From Gekko japonicus (taxonomy: Eukaryota): a stretch of DNA of 64,000 nucleotides. The translations under genes and the position numbers were made by a program. The notes under the pieces are model-generated. The model saw only the letters and a list, made by a program, of their open reading frames with translations, was not told the origin of the DNA and made no database searches. Location: the NCBI RefSeq assembly GCF_001447785.1, contig NW_015174867.1, positions 1 to 64,000 of the forward strand, read 5' to 3'. Below, piece after piece: positions 11,835-24,065 of this stretch. Every line of letters starts with the position of its first letter. Positions within the stretch are counted from its first letter, which is position 1.

Positions 11835-14600
11835 TTTTTATTTTATTTTTTTATTTATACATTCAGCTTATATACCGCCCTGACCCCGAAGGGTCTCTGG
11901 ACGGTTTACATACACAGTCTAAGTCTACTTTCCCTATCTACGGCCACATGGTACAGGGGCAGGGACCGGCACCCAGGTGGTGGGGCTTGCTGTTCTCCGG
12001 CTCGGCTCCTACTTCTTCCGGCGGTCTTTTTGCCCTTAGAAGGGCTGCCAAAGTGGCTAACAATTTAAAACATACAGGATAAAATGACATTACATAACCA
12101 TTAAAATCAACACTCTCCCTCCCAACCATACATCATTAAAACAATTATAAAAAGAGTTTTAAAAAACAGAGTTAAAATATATTTTAAAACATACAAACGT
12201 AAGGGGGAAATCACTGAGGGAATGCCAAAGGAAACAGTAAAGTTTTCACCTGCAGGTGGAAGACAGTAACAGAAGGGGACAGACAAATCTCCCTGGAGAG
12301 CGAGTTCTGGAGCTTTGGTGCCATGACTGAGAAGGCCCTGTCCCACGTTGCCACCCGCCTGATCACAGAAGGTGGGGGCACCTGAAGCAGGGCCTCCAAA
12401 GATTACCACAATGGTCAGGTGGGGTGATAAGGGATTAGGCGGTTCATCAGGTATGTTGGTCCCAAGCCATGTAGGGCTTTGAAAGTCAAGACTACCATCT
12501 CGAATTCTGCCCGAAAACAAATGGAAAGTCAGTATAGATAGACCAAGACTGGAGCTGTATGGTCCTTAAGACTCAACTCTAGTCAACACCTCGGCTGCAG
12601 AGTTCTGTACCAATTGAAGTTTCCAAACAGTTCTCAATGGCAGTCCTATGTAGAGCGCACTGGAGTAATCTAAACTAGACGTAGCCAAGGCATGCACCAC
12701 AGTGGCCAGATCTTTTCTATCCAGAAAAGGCCACAGCTGGCAAACCAATTGAAGCTGCTGAGTAGGTCCAAGAGCACCCCTAGACAATGAAACTGTTCTT
12801 TCAAGGGGAGTGCAGCCCCTTACAGGTGACACCTTAAATCCTGGGTCAGACCTTTCCTCCACTGGTAGCCCATCTAGTTGGGATTAAGTGTCAGTTTACT
12901 AGCCCGCACCCACCCCAACACTGCCTCCAGGCACAGGCTCAGGGTTTCTACAGCCTCCCTGGGATCAGCTGGAAGTGCGAGATAGAGCTGAGTGTCATCC
13001 GCATATCAGTGACAAGCCAGCAGTTTCATGTAGATGATAAGAGCATAGGGGACAGGAAGCTTGCGAAACCCAGAGGCCAAAGGCCGAGGAGATGAACAGC
13101 AGTCCCCTGGCACAACTTTCTGAAACCCACCCTCTAAGTAGGACTGGAGCCACCACAGAATGGTGCCTCCCAATCCCAGTCTAGATAGGTGATCCAGAAG
13201 GATACTGTGATCAATAGTATCAGAAGCTGCTCAGATGTCCAGGAAAATTAGTTGCCTTCCCTCTGTTCACTCCTGGCACAAGTCATCCACCAGGGCAACC
13301 AAAGCTGTTTTTAGTCCCATAATGAGGTCTAAACCCTGACTTGAAGAGGTCTAAACAATTTGCCTCATACAGGAAACCTTGGAGCTGTCCAGCACCACAT
13401 GTTCAATAACCATGCTCAGGAATGGAATGGTTGATAATTGGATCTCCTGAGTCAAGGTTAGTTTCCTTAAAAGTGGACACTATGCTGGAGCAACCACCCC
13501 GTTTCTTAAGGAAGCATTTGCCTCTCAAACCCAATCAGCCATTCCCCCTCCCAGGAGATTTAAGTAACCAGGAAGGGCAAGGGTCATAAAGCAGGTGGTA
13601 ACTCTCAAACTTCCAAGGATCCTGTCGACATCCTTAGATTGAATAAACTAAAAAGTATCCCAAACATTTGGTCAAGGTAGCACCCTGACACCATCCAACC
13701 CTCATTGCCACAGAGTATGCTCTAAAATGAGCTTTTGCTCATGTCCTATCAGATTCAACCCAAGTAAGCCAAGGGGCAACCTGGGCTCTTAGACCTGAGA
13801 GAGGGTGCCTGGGAGTGATTGTCTCAACTGCTTGGGTCATTTCCTCATTCCAGAGGTCGACCACGGCATCAACAGGAGCATCAGCCATATGCACAGAAAA
13901 AACCCCTAGAGCCAACAGGAAGCCATTTGGATCCATCCATGATTTTAATAGATCCCCCACCTCTTCAGAGTCTTGGTATCCTTGTAAGTCTAAAACCAAG
14001 CCAGCAATGATCTGTCCATGACAAAGGAATCATCACTTCCTCCACCCTAAGATCGCATTGCTCTTGCCTAGAACAAAATATCAGATCCAAGAGTATGACC
14101 TGCACAATGTTTAGGACCAGTTACTACCTGAGAAAGGCCCATGGTTGTCATGGAGGCCATGACATCCTGAGCTGCTCCTGACACGTGAGCCTTGGCATGA
14201 GTGTTGAAGTTCCTCAGGGCAAACATTCTAGTGGCCCTCAACATAATCCTTGAGGCCAGCTCTGCCATCTCAGGTAGGGAGACTGTTTAGGCAGCAGAGT
14301 TAGTAGTACACTAACAGAATTGCAATTCTCTCAATTCCAACATTAGTAACACAGCCTCAAAACCAGTAATAATGTCCTGGATTGGACACCATGCTAGGGG
14401 GTAGAATCCTTATAGACTACAGCAACACTGCCTCCCTGCCTGCCAGATCTATGCCGATGTATCACCAGCTATCCCTAGCCAAGGCTCAGTGATACATGCC
14501 GGGTCAGCCCTCTCTGCCTTTCCTGTGACTGACCTGGCATTTAGCAGCAGGATCGTTGTTGTGGGTTGGTTCTTGACGGGTTGTTATGGTTGCCAACGTC
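11835..14600 (-). mobile_element. Degraded L2-clade LINE
   Basis: Broken ORF2 pieces (LATVVHALATSSLDYSSALYIGLPLRTVWKLQLVQNSAA; RAFSVMAPKLQNSL; endonuclease-like GLSQVVTGPKHCAGHTL). A-rich tail at the low-coordinate end. Confidence 0.8.
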
Positions 14601-14719
14601 ACTTTGGCTGGTAGAAGAACCAGAAGGGGCAACAGCATGCAGTTGTCTGCTTTCCTTTCCCTTTAGTTCAGCTGTTTGAGACCCTAGTGCCATGTGATGG
14701 AGTGCGCTCCCATCTCTGG

Positions 14720-14908
14720 CCCCAGCTCCTGCCGACCTAGCAGTTTGAAAGCAAGAAATTGCAAGTAGATAAATAGGTACCGCTTTGGTGGGAAGGTAAC
14801 AGCATTCCGTGCGCCTCTGCGTTTAGTCATGCTGGCCACATGACCACGGAAATGTCTTTCGACAGTGCTGGCTCATCGGCTTGGAAACGGAGATGAGCAC
14901 CACCCCCT
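14720..14908 (+). mobile_element. Sauria SINE fragment
   Basis: GCAAGTAGATAAATAGGTACC...AGTCATGCTGGCCACATGACC...GGAGATGAGCACC core. Confidence 0.7.
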
Positions 14909-15139
14909 ATTCTGCTCCCCCCAGCACATCTCTTCCACCAGTAGGCAAAGGAAGAACATCTTTTTAATATACAGACCCATCTGGATCTTGGAAACAAAAA
15001 ACAAAGACAACACTGTTGTCCCAGTGGCACATCAGCACATCACATGTCTAATGGAAGTCCATAGGGAGGCCAAAAAAGTTAAATGGATCTGGCTTAAATA
15101 ATTCAGCTGTAATAACCAGATCTTGCCCTATAACAAGTA

Positions 15140-15360
15140 TTTGTAGTTAAGGGTGTTGGACTAGTATGTGTAAGATCCAGCTTTGATTCTCCACATTTAC
15201 CATGGAAGCTTTGTTGGCTGGACGAGCTTGGGCCAGTACACTCTAAGCCTAACCCTACCATACAGGGTTGTTGTGAGGATTAAATGGAGGCGAGGAGAAT
15301 GATGCAAGCCACTTTGAGTCCCCATTGGGGATAAAGGCAGAGTATACAGGAATTAAATCA
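15140..15360 (+). mobile_element. Squam3-like SINE
   Basis: Diverged copy of the same SINE family, just upstream of the LYSET acceptor. Confidence 0.65.
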
Positions 15361-15450
15361 ATGTATCCTTAAAAAAAAAAAAGTAATGGTCTTTTTTGAA
15401 AGTGCATAATTCCCCCCCCCCTTTTATTTTCAAGGTGCAGAGCATGGAGA

Positions 15451-15846
15451 ATGATGAACTTCCGCCAGAGGATGGGATGGATTGGTGTTGGATTATATCT
15501 AATAGCGAGTGCAGCAGCCTTTTACTACGTTTTCGAAATCAATGAGACTTATAACAGACTGGCACTGGAACATATACAGCAACCTCCTGAAAAACTCAGA
15601 GATGAAAGCACCTGGACACACTCCTTAAAAACGCGACTGCTGTCCTTGCCTTTTTGGCTGTGGGCTATTATCTTTCTAGTCCCCTATTTACAGATGTTCT
15701 TGTTCCTTTACTCCTGCACCAGAGCTGATCCCAAAACAGTGGGCTATTGCATCATTCCTATCTGCTTGGCTGTTGTTTGCAATCGTCACCAAACATTCGT
15801 GAAGGCCTCCAATCAAATCAGCAGACTGCAGTTGATTGACACTTAA
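15451..15846 (+). CDS. LYSET: Lysosomal enzyme trafficking factor (TMEM251/GCAF), 131 aa, single coding exon
   Basis: ORF MMNFRQRMGWIGVGLYL...NQISRLQLIDT closely matches the recalled vertebrate TMEM251 short isoform. Hydrophobic TM segments. Acceptor at 15434/15435. Expected neighbour of GON7/UBR7. Confidence 0.97.
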   Translation: MMNFRQRMGWIGVGLYLIASAAAFYYVFEINETYNRLALEHIQQPPEKLRDESTWTHSLKTRLLSLPFWLWAIIFLVPYLQMFLFLYSCTRADPKTVGYCIIPICLAVVCNRHQTFVKASNQISRLQLIDT

Positions 15847-16291
15847 AAATCATTCTGAATTTTCTCATGAGCTGTTTTAGATAATCATGAAGATGCTTGG
15901 CTGTGTCAACGAAACATGTGAATGGAACTTGGGAGTCTTTTTTGTCAAAGCGTTAACTACTGATTAGAGCTTCTGCCTTCTATTTTTTAAAGAAAGTTGC
16001 TTTTAAATATGGCTAATTTATACATGGTAGAATGACGGGGGCCCTCTTTGAGACTCGAGAGGGGCATTATTCATATTGCCTTACGACACAGAATTTCTAC
16101 ACTCCATCTGAATTTTTGTGAGGAAACATATTTGAAACCTTAATTCACTGTGCCCATGATACCCCAACTCTTTTAAGTGGAGAATCGATTAAAAAGGACT
16201 TTTCCTTTGTACTAATGTATAAAGTTTTGAATGATTACAAAGGTGGCATATAAGACACAGTTGTGTTTTCTCCTTCAACAGTGTTGCACTC

Positions 16292-16297
16292 AATAAA
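16292..16297 (+). terminator. LYSET: Candidate LYSET poly(A) signal
   Basis: AATAAA about 450 nt after the stop. A second AATAAA lies at about 16332. Confidence 0.5.
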
Positions 16298-16553
16298 CCA
16301 GGGCTCCATTCATAACATATGACTGAATGAAAATAAAGCCTTTGTTACTCTTTTCCTTCATGCTTGCAATGGTACAAAAGTAACTTGCCAGTGTACAGCT
16401 CTTGGGCCAAACTAGTTGTGACTTCAGGAGATCTAAGAATGTATCTCCCACAGGTTTTAGAAATGTAAATAAAAGAGATGAAAACATTAAGGGGAAAAGG
16501 TTAAACTAACCCCTGGTAACTCTGAGCCAAATTATGCCTCCCTGCCCCTCAAG

Positions 16554-17320
16554 TAGAGATGTCATATCTGGAAATTTTGAAGGAATGGAACAAAAACCAT
16601 GTTTTTTTCCCCTCGTTTTTTTCAGGAAATTTTTTTAGGGGAAAGTTGAAATATATACTTACTGTTCTATCAAACCTAAACTAATTTTACTGCTTTAACA
16701 GTATAACATGAGTAATTTATAACTTAGTATATAGAATTGTAACATTTGACATACTTATGGAATTTAAAAGTTATAAATGCATTAGTTTTGTACAAGCAAA
16801 ATTGCAAATATACTGAATACCTAAGAGAGAACTTCAAGCTCATGTACCCTATGCTATCTTAGCACACGTTTCTTAATTTTTGCTACCTGGTTAGGGAGAC
16901 CTAAGTTCTCAGTTATCCTCTGGGCTTTGGCCTAGTTTCTGCACCATTCCCTTCTGATCTTTTTTCTCCCTCCTGCAAGGTAGAGCAGTAAGGTACTTTC
17001 CCCCCAGACTGTGGGTACATGTGTCACAGTGGTGTGAGGAAGAGGTGAAAAGATCAACCAGATGATGTCAAAAGGACAACAGAAGGCATGCAACTATTGA
17101 GAAGCAATAAAAGTCCTGTGTACTCCCATCATGAACATTAGGTCGCCTTCTAGGTATAGAAAAGCATCTTGGATTTAAGAGCTGTCTATTATCTGCAGCA
17201 TGCCCACCATGTTTTTAAAAGCATTTCACTCATTCTAGAAGAGAAAACATTGTAGGAGGTTTTTTCCTCAGTAAACTCAGTTTCGAATTTTCCCACTTTT
17301 TTTCTTGGCCCCCATATTTC
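16554..17320 (-). mobile_element. Non-autonomous hAT element, same family as 9570-10319
   Basis: TAGAGATGT terminus and reverse-complement similarity to the 9570-10319 internal sequence. Confidence 0.65.
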
Positions 17321-19004
17321 TACCCCCCAATTCTATTAACTGCTCTTAAAAACAAACAAACCCTTAAGGGAGATCTATGTCATATTATTCCCAGTGTGAC
17401 AACTAGTTTGGCCCTTGGATCATGCCTCATTCCATGAATGAGTTGGGTTTAGAATGATAAAACGTTTGGGAGAAATTGTTTACCCTGAGGAAGTGGTTAC
17501 TTGCAAGACTATATTAGAGCAATGATAAACTGACTCAAATACAACAAACTTCTGAACTCGTAGGGCTCTTTGCTTTTGGCTGTTCAGATAACTAACCGGT
17601 TTCATCCTGTCAAGTTTTCTGGGCTTGCAAGCAGAGGACTTGGCAGTTTTTTTTGCTTTGTCTATTTCAGTTTCTTGGGCCAAGTCCTCAAATGGAAGTT
17701 GCTTAAGATTCACTGCCATTGTGCAGCCATTCATTTGAGTGTTCGCATCTCAGCAGTTTAAGTAAAAAAGAAGGTATTTGGGATTTTATTAATGATTTTT
17801 TTTAGCAGGAAAGGGGTACTGCAGCTCTTTAGCTCACATCAGATACCTGCCATGCTTCTGTCTGAATTTGTTCCACGTAGTGCTAGGCAGATAAAGAGAA
17901 TTCTGGACTATATGAGCATGTTAGATTCTACACAATCAGAATGCATTTCTAAACTTAATCATATACATGTTAATTTGGAAGTATGCCTCATTGATTTTGG
18001 TGGGACTTGCTCTCAGGCTTATATAGGATTGGAGCCAGGCTTAGGACAGAGAGTTCAGCAATGTGATACAAAAACAATGCCCTGTTGGAGATGTGAATTA
18101 CATGGGTCTAAGTATGTTCACTGATTTGTATTCAAGCATCTATACCTGTGAGTGCAAGATTGGGAATATTATACATAATGTGTATTAATGTGAGTTCATC
18201 ACCAATTTGAAATGGGCAGCTTGGTCTCAGGCAAAATGAAATTCCCTGCTTATGGAAGGAGTGGTCTAAAAATCAACATTTGCCTGTAATAACTCAGTTG
18301 CCTTCTTAGTTTAAATATGTGCAAATAATGTGAACTTCTATTCAGTTTAGGCTTAAACTGTTGCCTGCCTCAGAGAAAGTCTTTTGCATATTGCAAGCTT
18401 CACATAATTGGAATGTGTTGGAATTGCCTGTATACAACTAAATGGCACGAGAATCATTTAGAAGGCTGAATTTCAACAAAACCATTCCTTCGACAACATA
18501 TAAAACCACTCCTGAATGAACTTTTGCCAGTGAACATATGTGATATTCAATCATCCTTGTTAAAGAATTAGAAGGTACATTGATTTCTTATTGACAATCT
18601 GGGCTGGATGCTAAGCCTTGCTTTTGTTTGTCCCTTATGGAATTGGTCTGGCCATGCAGTGGTTTCCTCTGGTACTTGGTGCTTTGGGTCTTTTTGAAAG
18701 ATGCTAGTCTTAAGTGTGTATAAGCTCCTAACATTGCAGGACCAGCTCCTGCCATGGAAAACAACACGGCACAAGCAAAAAGCAGGCTTCTGATTCAAGC
18801 CTTGGCACTGAGGTCTGCAGTAAAAACCCAAACATGCACACCAATATGGCAGGACCCAGTGTTTTGTCTTTCCAGAGCCAGCGCAAAATAGTGGTTAAAG
18901 TGCTGGACTAGGCTGTGGGAGACCCAGGTTCAAATCCTTATTGCACTACAAAGCTTGCTGGGTGACTTTGAGCTAGTCACTGTCAGGCTACCTGTACTTA
19001 CAGG

Positions 19005-19211
19005 CAAGGCCCCCTCTAAGCTGTGGAGTCTTGTAGCAAAATTTTTACCTTGTGAGCTACTGGCATGAAAGTTGTGAGCCAGCGATTTGGCTACTGCATA
19101 ACTTAGTTTGCTCTGGAGCCAACCTTCCTGAGCGAAGACTAAAATGTGTGAGCTGGAGGCTAAAAAAAACTGCGAGCTAGCTCACACCAACTCAGCTTAG
19201 AGGGAACACTG
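19005..19211. mobile_element. hAT MITE inserted into a Squam3-like SINE (about 18878-19310)
   Basis: Terminus CAGCTTAGAGGGAACACTG and a degenerate left TIR. Perfect 8-bp TSD CTTACAGG (18997-19004, 19212-19219). Confidence 0.8.
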
Positions 19212-19439
19212 CTTACAGGGTAGCTGTGAAAGTGAAATGTAGAAGGGGAGACCCATCTATACACCACCATGAGCTTCTTGAAGGAAGGGTGGGATACAAA
19301 TGCACTAAATGAATGTTTCAAACTATCTACGATACGCAACAAGCCCCCCCCCCTAAAAAAAAACCTTGTGGGGGGATGCCATCCCCCTCATGGATGAGCT
19401 GGCACATCCAGGCCCAACCTTGGACCACAGAGTCTGGAA

Positions 19440-19800
19440 GCCGCTCTGAGCCCGGCGTGGCTCCTGGCATCTGCTGTTACCACACCCAGGCCCAAAGTGG
19501 TTTCTGGCATCTGCTGCCACAGCCAAGCCTGGAGCAGCTCCTGATGTGTGTTGCCATGGCGACTGAGCCCCGAGTGGCTCCTGACATGTGCCATGGCTAT
19601 GACTGGGCCTCAAGTGGTTCATGATGTGTGCTGATGCCCGTGCCCTGAGCGGCTCCCAGCATCCACTGATGCTGAGTTAGACCCTGAGTGGCTCCCCATG
19701 TGCTGCTGCCATGGCCAGGCCAACCCCTGCAGCATCTGCCGCCACAGCCAAGTCTGGAGAGGCTCCTGATGTGTGCCACTGTTGCAGCCAAGCCTGGACC
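19440..19800. repeat. Degenerate GC-rich minisatellite, 35-40 bp unit
   Basis: Recurrent GTGGCTCCTG(G/A)(C/T)(A/G)T motif at about 19457, 19497, 19534, 19574, 19614, 19649 and 19688. Confidence 0.7.
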
Positions 19801-20425
19801 ATCTCCTGTTGTCTGAGCATGTGCAAACAATGTCTTCTATTTTTAAATTGGGGGGGGGGAATCTAAACATTTCAGATTTTTCTGCAAACCTGGAGAGTTC
19901 CCCAAGTTTGCTGAAAAATCTGTTTAGCCTCTGTGTGGCCCCGATCTGCGAAATTAGTTATCTGCAGATGGGGACACATGTGGCTAATAGTATGTAGATA
20001 TGTTTGCACATTCAGCATCTTGTGAACATAGCATACTTGCAAGACTGCTTCATTAAGAACTGTGCTGTTTAAAACCTGCAATACAGGATTGATGGGGAAA
20101 CTCCCTTCAAAACTGTCTATATAGCAAGAGACAAACATGGGCTAAAATGTCATACTATCTTTTACAAATACAGCCCTAAAAGTTTTTATTCCAAAGGCTC
20201 CTAAAATTATCTAGATATATACAGCACAATCATCTTCCTATTATAATGTAACTGACACAAAAATGCCAGTTCAGGGGTTCCAGATTTATTTTGTTTATAG
20301 TTTCTGTGAAATGATGAAAGTTTGTTTGATATAGAATATTTATAGAATTTATTTTAACCAGTGGAATAAGGACTTGCCTTTATTTCAAGAACAGGGAAAC
20401 TCAACTGACTTTCCTGTAAGAGGGA

Positions 20426-20665
20426 GGGGCTGTAGCTCAGTGATAGAGCATGTGCTTGGCCCGCAGATATTTCCAGGTTCAATCTCGGCTAAAGACACCA
20501 GGTAGTAAGTGATGTGAAATTCTTTTTCTGAAGACCCTAGAGAGCTGCTGCCAATGTTTCAAACTATCTACAATAGATATACAATAGGTTTGCATCTAGA
20601 GAACTGCTGACAAAACTGATTTTGATGGCCCAAGGGTCTGATTCCGTATAAGACAGCTTCATGCT
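20426..20665 (+). mobile_element. tRNA-derived SINE (Squam2-like)
   Basis: GGGGCTGTAGCTCAGTGATAGAGC A-box and CAGGTTCAATC B-box head, with SINE body. Not a foldable tRNA. Confidence 0.65.
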
Positions 20666-21123
20666 TTCAATGTATAAGACAGCTTCTTGCTTCCCACTTC
20701 AGCCAACCAATCTCAATTAAACGCTGCTTTTGGGGAATAGGCGACTGAGGAATGACATGAAAGAACGTCTGCAGCAGGAAGCGGGAACTGGTAGAAATCG
20801 TCACTGCCGTCTGGTTGATTTTCAAAAGTTTTTGGTTGTAAGGAGCTCATTATCACAGGTTCATTCTATCAATGAATTATCAGCAAGAATAACAGTTTGC
20901 TTGGTGAAAGATGAAGCACTAAATGAAATGATTAAATCCTAGTAAGGCACAGGTGAAAGCACACTTCAAAAGGTGGTGAGTTGACAAATCTATGGCGACA
21001 TAAGCTAAAATCCTGTCTACAAGCAGAATGAATTGATAAAATACTGACAAATCAGAAGCATGACTAGGGCTTTACTCCTATAATCACTTATCTGGGATGA
21101 AGCCTGATTGAACGGTGGGATTT

Positions 21124-21390
21124 AGAAGAAGATATTGGATTTATACCCCGTCCTTCACTTGGAGTCTCAGAGTGGCTTACAAACTCCTTTCCCTCCCCCT
21201 CCCCACAACAGACACCCTGTGAGGTAGGTGGGGCTGAGAGAACTCTGACACAAACTGCTCTTTCAGGAACAGCTGTGCCAGAGCTTGTGACTGACCCAAG
21301 GTCACATCAGTAGGTGTAAGTGGAGGAGTGGGGAATCAAACCTGGTTCTCCAAGATTAGAGTCGGCACACTTAACCACTACACCAAACAG
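21124..21390 (-). mobile_element. Squam3-like SINE
   Basis: Reverse complement of the 3321-3560 family. Confidence 0.8.
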
Positions 21391-22457
21391 GCTCTCTTCT
21401 GAGAAAAAAAATCAGAGGTTCTTAACTAAACATAGAACTACTCTATATTGCACAAGAAACATGATATTGCCTGTATTTTACAATGTTATTAAGAACAAGG
21501 CATCACAATTAACATAGTTTTGATGTTTTACTTCGATAGGGTTTATACAAGCACAGTATGATTAGAAGTGATCAAGAACTTCAACATTATTTACAAACAT
21601 AGGTCATTGAGGTTGCAGTCCTAAGGACACATTCCTGGGTGTAAGACCTATTGATCTATAGGGGACTTGCTTCCAAACAGATTTGTACAGGACTGTGACT
21701 TTGGGCGTTACAGGATTCTAGCCATAAAAGGGGACAATCTTGTACTTGCTACTCTGAGCTTAACGGAACATCAGTATGGAAACAAGATGGTGAAATATGT
21801 GTACCCCAATGTCTACAAACCATTCAGACAATTCTCTTGTTAACTAATTCAGAGTCCATTTTGGGATCTGTTCCAGTTCTTTGGAACAGGCTGTCTGAAG
21901 AGGAAGCCCAATTTCATAGGGTGAAGCTGTCTTTTGTAGATGGGCATTTGATTGCTGTTGCTTCTACAGTTTCTTCATCAAGAGATAAACTTTAGTCTTC
22001 TTTTCCAAGAGGACCATGTTGGTAACAGTCACTCCCTCCCAGCTGTCATGGTGAAGGAGCTGGGAGATTAGAAAGGTCAGAGTAAAAAGAGTGAAAGGCT
22101 CAATGAAGTACTGGGAACCCTGGCCAAGTGAGCTTCTTCCACAGCAGAGATAGGCTTACTGGTAAGAATATTAGTGTGTGAAGCTGTTCTGGGTTTTAAT
22201 AATTTTGTCAACCAGTTTGGGTTGATTTGTGAGCTGCCTTGAGTTGCTATGTACAGTGAGAAAGTCAGAATAAAATGTTTTCATAAATGGCAAGATCCAT
22301 AAGAAGATTTTGTGACTCATCATACCGTACTAAAAAAAGTTACATCCTCTGAAGCTGTTAAATTAAAAATATAGGGCTGAGAAAGTAACAAAGAAAGCTT
22401 CATTGTACATGTACGAGTCTATGCATGCACGTAACTGGAACTGTGGATGGGAACAAC

Positions 22458-22463
22458 TTTATT
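22458..22463 (-). terminator. GON7: Candidate GON7 poly(A) signal
   Basis: TTTATT on + (AATAAA on -) about 420 nt after the GON7 stop. Confidence 0.55.
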
Positions 22464-22881
22464 GAAACACAGAGTTTAATTTTTGTAACCATTACTTCAA
22501 AGCAGTCTGTTGTTTGAAATGTTTGCTATGCTAGTATCAGCTGAGATGCTTATTACAAAGAAAAAAAACTCCCTAAGGCTGAGAAATGGGTATTTAAAAT
22601 TGTGTTAAATTTAAATATGCCAATATATTTAACAATTGAAACTGAATGGCCATTCTCACATACATAGGATTTTAATCGGTATTTACAGCTTTCAAATTAT
22701 AATATCACACTGTACAGCCAGAGAATTCACAAATAAATACAAACATCTACTTTGTTGTTAATAATAGTAAATATTAAAAAAGACATTTTTCTGGCTATCA
22801 AAATGGCACAGAAGTATTCGAGCAGAGAAAGTCCATAGATTTACAATTTCAATTCATACAAAATTCTATTTACAGCTTTTG

Positions 22882-22988
22882 TCAGGAGTGAGTTTTTGTC
22901 CGTTTTAACGGTGGCCCATCGCCACATGGTTTGGCATTAACATGATTTTCTTCCTCGTCTTCGTCCTCTTCACCTATATCCTCCTCCT
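22882..22988 (-). CDS. GON7: GON7 (KEOPS subunit, C14orf142) coding exon 2
   Basis: Acceptor ttttgtctttaaaaag|. Reads EEDIGEEDEDEEENHVNAKPCGDGPPLKRTKTHS*, matching the acidic tail and DGPxxKRxKTxS end of vertebrate GON7. An alternative in-frame acceptor is possible at 22974/22973. Confidence 0.88.
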
Positions 22989-23295
22989 CTTTTTAAAGAC
23001 AAAAGGCGCATATTAGCAAATTACATACAAGAACCCTTTCCTCAGGAACGGTTTCCCCAAAAGTACCATTCCAATATACTCCATGAACTGGGGCCTGACT
23101 ATGGACCGCCTACGGTTGTCAGCCTCCAGGTGGTGGCTGGAGATCTAATGCTATTACAACTCATGGCCAGGTGACAGAGATCAGCTCACCCGAGGAAAAC
23201 GGCCACTTTGGAAGTTGGACTCTGTGGCATTATGCCCCCAACCCCCCCCTCCTTAGCCCCCCCNNNNNNNNNNNNNNNNNNNNNNNNNNNNNNNN

Positions 23296-23406
23296 CAGCA
23301 GGACCAGGCCACTTAGCAGGCCCCGCAGGTCTCCTTGCGGCTGGCAACAAACTCGTAGCTGCCGCTTCAACCCGTCCCGGCCTGTCAGTTCCCCCCGGAG
23401 CTCCAT
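23296..23406 (-). CDS. GON7: GON7 coding exon 1 (3' part lost in N gap 23264-23295)
   Basis: ATG at 23406. MELRGELTGRDGLKRQLRVCCQPQGDLRGLLSGLVLL resembles recalled human MELLGEYVGQEGKPQKLRVSCE...GLLSGV. Head-to-head with UBR7. Confidence 0.9.
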
Positions 23407-23903
23407 CTTTTCCCTCCTCTCAGGAAACAAACAGCCTATCAAAGGACGAGTAGGCTCAGCGCCCGCTCACCCCCCTCCCGATGAACCGGAAGAGAAAGTA
23501 ACAGGCTAACGCTGGTCGAAGTTTCCGATAGGGCACCAACCGCTTTCTTGGCTCCGCCCACCGAACTCGCACTCCGCCTTCAAACAACTCAGACTTTTTT
23601 GTCCCGCTAACGTGCCTTGTCTCCTTCCGCCCTCAACGGTCTCCTTCTTCTCGTGATTGGCTCTGACAGCTCACGTGCCCCTTTACGTAAGTCACGTGCT
23701 CCTAGCCTTTTGTTCTGCGCGGAGCCTTTCCCGCTCAGCGTCCTTTTTTGTGACGGTGGTTATAGCGCGATAGCCGTTTTCCGCTTCCGGCTTTTGCTGT
23801 GGCGCCTCCTGGTGGCGGTTTCAGAGCTTTCCCGCCTTTTCCTCTTCTTCCTGCCACTTGTCTTCCTCGGCGGGGCTCTCTGAAGGAGCTGTTGTGCCGT
23901 GAG
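23407..23903. promoter_or_regulatory. Bidirectional CpG promoter shared by GON7 and UBR7
   Basis: About 500 bp between the two ATGs. CCGGAAG/CTTCCGG ETS sites, GC box CTCCGCCC, inverted CCAAT (ATTGG, about 23656), E-boxes TCACGTG at 23671 and GTCACGTG at 23691, TTACGTAA at 23683. Confidence 0.85.
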
Positions 23904-24065
23904 ATGGAAAAAGAGGCGCCCGAGTCTGTTGCCGGCGAAGGGGAAAGAAACGCCGAGGAGCCTGTCGTGTCGCTGGCCGAGGTGCTGGCCGAGAACGAGG
24001 AGCTCGAGAAAGAGGCGCGCGCCGTGCTGGGCGGGAGCGACCACGAACGTTGCAGCTATTCTCAG
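23904..24065 (+). CDS. UBR7: UBR7 E3 ubiquitin ligase, exon 1 of 11
   Basis: MEKEAPESV...PVVSLAEVLAENEELEKEARAVLGGSDHERCSYSQ. Donor CAG|GTTCCG, phase 0. Confidence 0.93.

Noticed and set aside
19440-19800. CRISPR-like repeat-spacer array
   Set aside because: Eukaryotic DNA. Units are degenerate tandem repeats without unique spacers.
20426-20500. tRNA-like sequence
   Set aside because: Degenerate stems continuing into a SINE body: a SINE head, not a tRNA gene.
23799-23903. N-terminal extension of UBR7 from GTG 23799
   Set aside because: Non-ATG start in the promoter/5' UTR. ATG 23904 has good context (GAGATGG).
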